From Acidothermus cellulolyticus 11B (GTDB taxonomy: Bacteria > Actinomycetota > Actinomycetes > Acidothermales > Acidothermaceae): DNA of 32,000 nt. Location of the stretch: positions 2,040,001-2,072,000 of the forward strand of contig NC_008578.1 of the NCBI RefSeq assembly GCF_000015025.1, written 5' to 3'. This document shows positions 25,680 through 32,000 of this stretch, piece after piece. Position 1 is the first letter of the stretch, and each line of letters opens with the position of its first letter. A program made the position numbers and the translations under genes. Below the pieces are notes generated by a model. That model saw only the letters and a program-made list of their open reading frames with translations, searched no databases and was not told the origin of the DNA.

Positions 25680-25807
25680 CGGGACTCGCCCGTCCGCACC
25701 CTCCGGATCCGCCGTTCGGGTGGCTCTCGGCGTCCACCGTCAAGCCGAACGCAGGCGGTTTCGATGTAAAGGCCAGGTGTGGCGGTACGGGAACAGGACG
25801 GCATCCC

Positions 25808-26260
25808 ATGGCATCTTCGCGGTCCAGCTTTGACAGCCTGGTGGAGTGGCTCCTCCTGCAGATCGCTGAGGATGAGATGAAGGCGCGCACCGCCGGCGGG
25901 CAAGCGTGGCGGTGGCGGGTGGTGGACGAACCCACGCAGCGGGACGCATTGGTCCGAGCAGATGGCACGATCTGCGCCGACTCGTGGGGTGCCGGCGAAA
26001 CGGGATTCCGCGGCGCTGAAGCGAAGATGTTCATTGAACGGTTCAACCCGGAGCGCATCCTCGCCGATTGCGAGGCCAAACGGCGGATGCTCGCCCGGCT
26101 GCAGAACCTCGCCCGAGCCTGGTGGACGACGAGCCGATCCGCCGACGAGGCACGCTCGATCATTCGCGAAATGGCGGTCGCCTATGCGCATCGGCCGGGG
26201 TACCGAGACGAGTGGCGACCCGACCTCGCCGTCCGCAGCCTCCAGGCGGTCGCCCAATAG
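25808..26260 (+). CDS. DUF6221-family protein
   Basis: 150 aa. LLLQIAEDEMKAR...FNPERILADCEAKRRMLARL...AYAHRPGYRDEWRP matches the conserved blocks I remember for the actinobacterial/actinophage DUF6221 family (ARIAEDE..., AECEAKRRI..., YADHPDYREEWRP). Confidence 0.65.
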   Translation: MASSRSSFDSLVEWLLLQIAEDEMKARTAGGQAWRWRVVDEPTQRDALVRADGTICADSWGAGETGFRGAEAKMFIERFNPERILADCEAKRRMLARLQNLARAWWTTSRSADEARSIIREMAVAYAHRPGYRDEWRPDLAVRSLQAVAQ

Positions 26261-26288
26261 CCTCCCCGAGGACTCCTCGCCGCGTCTC

Positions 26289-28085
26289 ATGACGGCACCT
26301 GACCAGTCTCAGATCGACGCCGGCCGCCCTTCCCTCGACACCGATAACGCCCTACCGGATGCCTGCGCGATGACCGCCCCCGAGGTGGATGCCGACGTTC
26401 GGTACGGCGGTGCGGCCGGCGAGCGGCCTCGGATCGGCCACGTCCTCGTCTCCTCCGGTCTGCTCTCCAACCGGGAACTCGCCGCAATTCTCGACGCCCA
26501 GCGCGACGGTCCGCGCCGCCGGCTCGGTCAGATCGCGCTCGACCTCGGGTACGTCGACGAAGAGCAGCTGGCGGACGTGCTCGCCGAGTTCTTCGGACTT
26601 CCGACGATCGACCTTGCGACGGCGGAGCTTGACGTCGCGTTGGCCCGCCAGGTGCCGCGCCGGGTCGCGGAACGCACGCAGACCCTCGTCGTCCGTCAGC
26701 TGCGCCCCGGCGTCCTCCTCGTCGCGACCGCCGATCCCGGCGATGTGGTGGCCCTTGACGACATTCGCGCGTACACCGGCGCGACCGTGCTTCAGCTCGC
26801 GGTCACCACACCGACCGCGATCCTGCGCCGCATCCGCGACATCTGGGGTGTACTCGAAGAAACGACGTCCCTGGACGCCGTCGTCGAACCGGAACGAACC
26901 GAGGACCCGGTCGCGGAAGCACGAATCGACGACACACCGATCGTCCGGTTGGCGACCGGACTACTGGTCGAGGCGGTTCACTCCGCCGCGAGCGACATCC
27001 ACGTCGAGCCGCAACCGGACGGCCTGCGGGTGCGGTACCGGGTCGACGGCATGCTCCGGGACGTCGCCCGAGTGCCGCGCACGTCCTCAGCTGCGCTGAT
27101 CAGCCGGCTGAAGATTTCCGCCGGTTTGGACATCGCGGAACGCCGGCTCCCGCAGGACGGCCGGTTGCGCTTCCACGCCGACGGGGTAGCTGTCGACGCG
27201 CGGGTCAGCACACTCCCGGGGATTCACGGCGAGAAGCTGGTCATCCGGCTCCTCCCCACCGGCGAGGTGGCCGAGCTCGATTCCCTCGGCCTGGACGCCG
27301 ATCAGCTCGCCGTGCTCCGGTCCGCCGCCCACGCGCCTCAGGGGCTGATCGTGTTTACCGGTCCCACCGGGTCCGGGAAGACCCACACGCTCTATTCGCT
27401 TCTCCGGGAGATTTCCGTTCCGGAAAGAAATGTGGTGACCCTCGAGGATCCGGTGGAAATTCAGTTCCCGGGAATCACCCAAGTGCAAATAAACGAACGA
27501 ACCGGATTGGACTTCGCCCGCGGCCTCCGGGCGATTCTGCGCCAAGACCCTGACGTCATCCTCGTCGGCGAAATCCGCGATACGGAGACCGCAGAACTCG
27601 CCGTCCGCGCCGCGCTGACCGGACACCTGGTGCTCACCACTCTGCACACCCTGGATGCCGCGGCGGCGGTGACCCGGCTGGTGGACATGGGGGTCGCGCC
27701 GTTCCTCGTTGCATCGTCGCTCACCGCCGTCATCGCGCAGCGGCTCGTCCGTCGACCCTGCCCGCGCTGTGTCGAGGACGCCGCACCGGATTCGGGAATG
27801 CTCGCCGCACTGGGTGACCATGACTGGTCCGGTGCGCGGTTCGTCGCCGGCGTCGGCTGCCACCACTGCGGCGGCACCGGTTACCAGGGACGGACGGGAA
27901 TATTCGAGGTCCTCGCGGTCGACGCGATGGTGCGGGCGGTGCTCCGGCGCAGCGGCGACGAGGAGACGATCCGGGCGACCGCGATCGAGGCCGGGATGAC
28001 AACGCTGCGGGCCGCTGCGCTGCGCGCAGTCCGTACGGGTGTGACGACCGTGGAGGAAGTGCTCCGCGTCTGCCCGCCGGCATAG
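26289..28085 (+). CDS. GspE/PilB-family type II/IV secretion ATPase with an N-terminal MshEN-like (c-di-GMP-binding) domain
   Basis: Walker A is GPTGSGKT, the Asp box is VTLEDPVE, Walker B is DPDVILVGEIRD and the His box is GHLVLTTLHT. A tetracysteine site reads CPRC...CHHC. A GSPII_E_N region is present. The N-terminal RIGHVLVSSGLLSNRELAAILDAQ-RDGPR-RLGQIALDLGYVDEEQLADVLAEF fits the MshEN motif. The start is uncertain (ATG at 26289 or 26370), and the track start at 25962 overlaps the DUF6221 gene. Confidence 0.88.
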   Translation: MTAPDQSQIDAGRPSLDTDNALPDACAMTAPEVDADVRYGGAAGERPRIGHVLVSSGLLSNRELAAILDAQRDGPRRRLGQIALDLGYVDEEQLADVLAEFFGLPTIDLATAELDVALARQVPRRVAERTQTLVVRQLRPGVLLVATADPGDVVALDDIRAYTGATVLQLAVTTPTAILRRIRDIWGVLEETTSLDAVVEPERTEDPVAEARIDDTPIVRLATGLLVEAVHSAASDIHVEPQPDGLRVRYRVDGMLRDVARVPRTSSAALISRLKISAGLDIAERRLPQDGRLRFHADGVAVDARVSTLPGIHGEKLVIRLLPTGEVAELDSLGLDADQLAVLRSAAHAPQGLIVFTGPTGSGKTHTLYSLLREISVPERNVVTLEDPVEIQFPGITQVQINERTGLDFARGLRAILRQDPDVILVGEIRDTETAELAVRAALTGHLVLTTLHTLDAAAAVTRLVDMGVAPFLVASSLTAVIAQRLVRRPCPRCVEDAAPDSGMLAALGDHDWSGARFVAGVGCHHCGGTGYQGRTGIFEVLAVDAMVRAVLRRSGDEETIRATAIEAGMTTLRAAALRAVRTGVTTVEEVLRVCPPA

Positions 28086-28223
28086 CCGCCCGCGGGAGCG
28101 GCCGCTGAAGCGCGGGAGATTGCCCGCGGTGGCAGAGATTCCCCGCGGCTGCGCGGGGTGGCGCGGCTGCGCGGGGCGGCTCGGGAAGATCCGGTATCGG
28201 CCGCGGGGCGTAGCATCGGAGGC

Positions 28224-29393
28224 GTGCCCATCCCGTTCCCTATTCAGCGCGCCGACGGCAGCGCCGTACCGAGTGACGAGCAGCTGGCAGCCGCGCTGGC
28301 CCGGGTGATCGATCCTGATATCCGCCGTCCGATCACCGAGCTCGACATGGTCGAACGCGTGACGGTCGACGGCGGCGGACGGATCTCGGTGCGGGTCCTC
28401 CTCACGGTCGCCGGATGTCCGCTCAAGGACCGGATTCACCGGGACGTGACCGACGCACTACGGGATCTGCCCGGGGTGTCGGAGGTGTTTGTCGACCTGG
28501 GGTACATGAGCGACGAACAGCGCCGCGCGTTGCAAGAGAAATTGCGCGGACCCGGCGGGCGGGACAAGCACATTCCCTTCGCGGACCCGGATTCGCTCAC
28601 CCGGGTGTACGCCGTCGCCTCCGGCAAAGGCGGCGTTGGAAAGTCGTCGGTGACGGTCAACCTCGCGGCGGAGCTGGCACGCCGGGGATTGTCGGTCGGA
28701 TTAGTGGACGCCGACATTTACGGCCACTCGGTGCCCCGCATGCTCGGTGCGACCGGCCGGCCGACCAAGGTCGAGAACATGATCATGCCGGTCACCGCAC
28801 ACGACGTCCGGGTCATCTCCATCGGCATGTTCATCGAAGGAAATACCGCAATCGCATGGCGCGGCACGATGCTGCACCGCGCGTTGAATCAATTTCTCGC
28901 CGACGTGTTCTGGGGCGACCTCGACATTCTCTTGGTAGATTTACCGCCGGGCACCGGAGATGTCACCATTTCTCTCGCACAATTCCTCCCGAATGCGGAA
29001 ATTATCGTCGTCACGACGCCGCAACTCGCAGCGGCCGAGGTCGCCGAACGCGCCGGCAGCATCGCGACCGTGACGCGGCAGCACGTCGTCGGCGTGGTCG
29101 AGAACATGTCGTGGTTGCCGTGTCCGCACTGCGGTGGGCGTGTCGAGGTCTTCGGATCCGGCGGTGGGGACGCGGTGGCTGAAGCTCTGACCCGACAGCT
29201 TGGGGCGCCGGTCGGGGTACTCGGCCGTATTCCGCTGGATCCGCGGATGGTGCGATGCGGCGACGACGGCCGGCCCTTCGTCCTCGCCTACCCGGAGGCA
29301 CCGGCCGCAACCGCACTGCGCGAGGTGGCCGACCGGCTCGCCGTCCGCGCTCGCAACCTTGCCGGACGTTCGCTCCGGCTGCAGCCGGTGTGA
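28224..29393 (+). CDS. mrp: Mrp/ApbC-family Fe-S cluster carrier ATPase with an N-terminal DUF59 domain
   Basis: VIDPDIRRPITELDMV is the DUF59 region. VYAVASGKGGVGKSSVTVNLA is the deviant Walker A. ...WGDLDILLVDLPPGTGD and CPHCG are also present. It is colinear with M. tuberculosis Rv1229c as I recall it. The start is uncertain: the GTG at 28224 gives a homologue-like length but has GGAGG only 1 nt upstream, and the GTG at 28158 is the alternative. Confidence 0.88.
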   Translation: MPIPFPIQRADGSAVPSDEQLAAALARVIDPDIRRPITELDMVERVTVDGGGRISVRVLLTVAGCPLKDRIHRDVTDALRDLPGVSEVFVDLGYMSDEQRRALQEKLRGPGGRDKHIPFADPDSLTRVYAVASGKGGVGKSSVTVNLAAELARRGLSVGLVDADIYGHSVPRMLGATGRPTKVENMIMPVTAHDVRVISIGMFIEGNTAIAWRGTMLHRALNQFLADVFWGDLDILLVDLPPGTGDVTISLAQFLPNAEIIVVTTPQLAAAEVAERAGSIATVTRQHVVGVVENMSWLPCPHCGGRVEVFGSGGGDAVAEALTRQLGAPVGVLGRIPLDPRMVRCGDDGRPFVLAYPEAPAATALREVADRLAVRARNLAGRSLRLQPV

Positions 29394-29457
29394 CGACCAT
29401 CCGCGTGGACGGCGGGCGCGTGCCGCCGGCCGCTCGCCGCCCGATCGACCCGCCAAC

Positions 29458-29952
29458 TCACGGGTGCCGGTAGACGACGGCCTGCGCAAGCCGGACGTGC
29501 AGCGGGGCCGTGGTGAGGCGGGCGAGCCAATTCTCGAAATTCGCCGACACGCCCGCCGTTCCGGAAAGTGCAGCGGCCGCCGCCGGCGGCCGGTCGGGAC
29601 CCTCCATTGCCTCGCTGCCCAACCCGATAAGCGCAGCCGCTGCCAGCATGGCCGAGCCGACAACGATCGGCATCTTCATCTGCCCACGGTGGCTGACCAC
29701 GCGGACGGCCGTCCCGACCAACTCGCCGAGCGCGCGCTGACGCGCCCGTTCCCGCAAGTGGCAGAGCACCGGAGCAGGAACCACGGGTGCCGTCGTCCCG
29801 TGCGCGAGGTGTTCTTTGACGCTCCGCAATTCGGCAATCTCGGCTTGGCAGAGTGGGCAATCCGCCAGATGCGCCACGACCCGATCCCGTTCAACGCCGG
29901 ACAGTTCACCGTCGACGAAGGCGGTCGCAGCATCGCCGAGATGGTGCTTCAC
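29458..29952 (-). CDS. rseA: Anti-sigma-E factor, zinc-binding (ZAS, HxxxCxxC) with one predicted transmembrane helix
   Basis: AFVDGELSGVERDRVVAHLADCPLCQAEI contains the ZAS motif. The hydrophobic segment is MPIVVGSAMLAAAALIGLG. The preferred start is the GTG at 29952, 10 nt after GGGAGGG and just after the sigE stop. The track ATG at 30048 would overlap sigE by 89 nt. Confidence 0.75.
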   Translation of the reverse strand: MKHHLGDAATAFVDGELSGVERDRVVAHLADCPLCQAEIAELRSVKEHLAHGTTAPVVPAPVLCHLRERARQRALGELVGTAVRVVSHRGQMKMPIVVGSAMLAAAALIGLGSEAMEGPDRPPAAAAALSGTAGVSANFENWLARLTTAPLHVRLAQAVVYRHP

Positions 29953-29959
29953 CCGGTCG

Positions 29960-30667
29960 TCACCCTCCCGCCAAGCCGGGGGACGTGCGCGGCAGCACGC
30001 GCCGCCGCGCGCCTGACGGCCGATCAGCCTCGGCGCGTTCGCCGGCAACGCGGCCTCGTTGCGGGGCGCGGTGCATCAGCGCCTGACGCAGCTGCGCCCG
30101 GCCCCGGTGAATGCGGCTCCGCACCGTCCCCAATTTGATGCCCAGGACTTCGGCGATTTCCTCGTAGGAGAGTCCTTCGATATCGCAGAGTACGACGGCG
30201 GCCCGGAACTCCGGCGGGAGAGCGTCCAGCGCGCGCTGGACGTCGTCATCCCAATGCGTGTCGTCGTAGTGCTGCGCCGGGGTCGGTTCGCGTCCGGCGA
30301 GCCGCTCGGGTGCGTCGTCCGCCAGCGCTTCAAAGCGGATCCGGGAGCGGCGGCGGGCGCCGTCGAGGAACAGGTTGGTGGTGATCCGATGCAGCCAACC
30401 GTCGAAGGTGCCTGGGGTGTAGCTCGCCAGCGAGCGGAACACCCGGACGAAGACGTCCTGGGTCAAGTCTTCGGCATCGTGGCGGTTGCCGGTCAGCCGA
30501 TACGCCAGGCGAAAGACCTGAGGTCCGTACATGCGCACGACCTCGTCCCAGGACGGCGGCGCCCAGGGCGCGGCGTTCTCGGGACCCACCGCGCGCGGCT
30601 GGTCCGGACCGGGTTCGCCGATATCCGGCGGAATGACCGCGCTCTGCTGCTGCGTGTCGCCGCGCAT
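29960..30667 (-). CDS. sigE: ECF RNA polymerase sigma factor SigE
   Basis: The track ORF 29960-31687 is trimmed to the ATG at 30667, which sits 6 nt after [54 protein letters not shown]...[41 protein letters not shown] is nearly identical in its blocks to mycobacterial SigE. Confidence 0.9.
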   Translation of the reverse strand: MRGDTQQQSAVIPPDIGEPGPDQPRAVGPENAAPWAPPSWDEVVRMYGPQVFRLAYRLTGNRHDAEDLTQDVFVRVFRSLASYTPGTFDGWLHRITTNLFLDGARRRSRIRFEALADDAPERLAGREPTPAQHYDDTHWDDDVQRALDALPPEFRAAVVLCDIEGLSYEEIAEVLGIKLGTVRSRIHRGRAQLRQALMHRAPQRGRVAGERAEADRPSGARRRVLPRTSPGLAGG

Positions 30668-30775
30668 CGCTGACCTCCGTCGGCGTGCAAGTGTGGTACC
30701 GACGGCATCCTGCCAGCCCATCCTGAAGATTTCCTGATGCCGGCGGGCCGGTTCCGTGCCGACGGACCGACCACG

Positions 30776-31465
30776 ATGACTAGGCTTCCCCTGACACCCG
30801 AGGCTGTCCTGAGCCGGGAGGAGGCCACCATCGGCGATCTTCGGATGAGCTGGGAGTACGCCGAGCGGTACGTCGGCGAGGACGAGGTGCTGCGCGCCGC
30901 CGCCGCCCGCGGTACCGAACTCGGTGCCGTCCCGGTGCTGCCTGGGGTAGGAGCGGCGCTCCGGTTCTTCGCCGCGGTGCTGGATGCCCGCGCGGTGGTC
31001 GAGGTCGGCGGAGGCTGCGGCGTCTCCGGCATTTGGCTGCTGCGAGGCATGAACCCGGCGGGAGTGCTCACCTCCATCGACATCGAGGCGGAGCATCAAC
31101 GACTGGCTCGGCAAGCCTTCGCTGAGGCAGGTTTTCCGCCGTCCCGCACCCGCCTGATCTGCGGCGAGGCGCTCGACGTCCTGCCGCGGCTCTCCGACGC
31201 CGGATACGACCTGGTGTTCTGCGACGCAGAGAAGACCGAGTACGGCGATTACCTCACCGAAGCGATCCGGCTGGTGCGGGTCGGCGGCATCATCGCGTTC
31301 GACAACGCGCTCTGGCACGATCGCGTCGCGGACCCGGCGCAACGCGACACCGCGACGATCGCCGTCCGCGAACTCGGCAAACGCGTCCGTGACGACGACC
31401 GCCTGGTCCCGGTGTTGTTTGCCGCCGGGGACGGACTGCTCGCTGCAGTCAAACGCCGCGCGTGA
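30776..31465 (+). CDS. Class I SAM-dependent O-methyltransferase (caffeoyl-CoA O-methyltransferase-like, Rv1220c-like)
   Basis: [16 protein letters not shown] is SAM motif I. ...[23 protein letters not shown]...[10 protein letters not shown]... is also present. It is divergent from sigE, as in mycobacteria. The start is ambiguous (ATG at 30737, 30776 or 30845) and none has a clear Shine-Dalgarno sequence. Confidence 0.8.
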   Translation: MTRLPLTPEAVLSREEATIGDLRMSWEYAERYVGEDEVLRAAAARGTELGAVPVLPGVGAALRFFAAVLDARAVVEVGGGCGVSGIWLLRGMNPAGVLTSIDIEAEHQRLARQAFAEAGFPPSRTRLICGEALDVLPRLSDAGYDLVFCDAEKTEYGDYLTEAIRLVRVGGIIAFDNALWHDRVADPAQRDTATIAVRELGKRVRDDDRLVPVLFAAGDGLLAAVKRRA

Positions 31466-31470
31466 ACCCT

Positions 31471-32000
31471 GTGACGGTGTCCGCCCGAAACCCGATCGTC
31501 GTCCGGCGCTGGGACGCGGTTCCCGATCCCGCAGCCGCCTACGACGCCCTCTTCGCGGGCCGGCTTGGCGCGTTCTGGTTGGACGGCGAATATTCCGCTG
31601 TGCTGGACGGCGACCCGATGTCCACGCTGGCGGCCGATGACCGCCCGGGCTGGGGCTGCTCAATCCTCGGTGCCGCGGACGGACCATTGGGCGAATTCCT
31701 CAGTTACGACGTGGAAACCGGCACCCTCGCGGTCCGGACGGCGCAAACAACCCGCACGTATCGCGTGGCGGACATCTTCTCCTACCTCAACGAACAGATC
31801 GCGGCACGACATATCACCGCGCCGTGCGGCATTCCCGGTGATATCGCCCCCGGCTACGTCGGATACCTCGGGTATGAGCTGAAAGCGCTGACCGGCGGCC
31901 GTGCCGTCCACCGCTCACCCTTTCCGGACGCCGCTCTTACCTTCGCGGATCGGCTTCTCCTCCTCGACCATCACAGCGGAGCAACCTACGCGCTCGCGCT
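31471..32000 (+). CDS. Chorismate-binding enzyme, PabB/TrpE-family (aminodeoxychorismate synthase component I-like), N-terminal fragment; continues past the window
   Basis: Not in the ORF track because it is open at the window end. Manual translation from the GTG at 31471 gives [40 protein letters not shown]...[17 protein letters not shown]...[19 protein letters not shown]. There are no stops, and third-position GC is strongly biased. The GYxGYLGYE block is typical of PabB-like enzymes. Confidence 0.6.
   Translation, partial: MTVSARNPIVVRRWDAVPDPAAAYDALFAGRLGAFWLDGEYSAVLDGDPMSTLAADDRPGWGCSILGAADGPLGEFLSYDVETGTLAVRTAQTTRTYRVADIFSYLNEQIAARHITAPCGIPGDIAPGYVGYLGYELKALTGGRAVHRSPFPDAALTFADRLLLLDHHSGATYALA

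Noticed and set aside
25680-28157. DUF6221/ATPase segment as a prophage remnant or genomic island
   Set aside because: There are no integrase, tRNA, direct-repeat borders or obvious compositional shift visible by eye. Only the phage-associated family of DUF6221 hints at it, so the idea is kept as a comment within the finding rather than a call.
27087-28439. 450-aa minus-strand ORF opposite the PilB-like ATPase and the mrp start
   Set aside because: It is antisense to two genes with strong motif evidence. It has a shadow-frame composition and no domains.
30668-31687. Long N-terminal extension of sigE (track ORF 29960-31687, 575 aa)
   Set aside because: The extension runs antisense through the O-methyltransferase gene. 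SigE homology and the GGAGG-ATG start begin at 30667.

Overview
This is a high-GC actinobacterial chromosome segment with no rRNA, tRNA, CRISPR, transposase or integrase genes. It splits into two parts.

**(1) Positions 1-18.8 kb: a large inositol-catabolism supercluster in three operons.**
- Minus-strand operon: iolC, a DUF2090/Cgl0159-type aldolase-like gene, iolB, iolD and iolA. The GntR-family repressor gene iolR is transcribed divergently from it.
- Plus-strand operon: an inositol-dehydrogenase-like gene, a CUT2-type sugar ABC transporter (binding lipoprotein, permease, single-domain ATPase), iolG, an iolH-like gene, another Gfo/Idh/MocA oxidoreductase and another TIM-barrel isomerase.
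- Convergent minus-strand operon: iolE, an SDR, a paralogous dehydrogenase and a PhyH-family Fe(II)/2-oxoglutarate dioxygenase.

**(2) Positions 19-32 kb: housekeeping genes in a Mycobacterium-like arrangement.**
- A hypothetical gene, then a soluble PRC/MgtE_N/CBS protein plus a DUF1003 membrane protein.
- gnd, glgC and glgA.
- A DUF6221 protein plus an orphan PilB/GspE-family ATPase.
- mrp, rseA, sigE, an O-methyltransferase and the start of a PabB-like chorismate-binding enzyme.

**Observations most worth following up:**
- A conserved 23-nt AT-rich inverted-repeat motif sits in two iol promoters, with a related decamer at the third. It is a putative IolR operator.
- Three unrelated intergenic tandem-repeat arrays have 21, 41 and 21/42 nt periods.
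- The iolE-SDR-dehydrogenase-PhyH dioxygenase module may handle modified inositols.
- The orphan secretion-type ATPase has an N-terminus that matches the MshEN c-di-GMP-binding motif almost perfectly.

Many long ORFs in the six-frame track are high-GC shadow frames and were not called.
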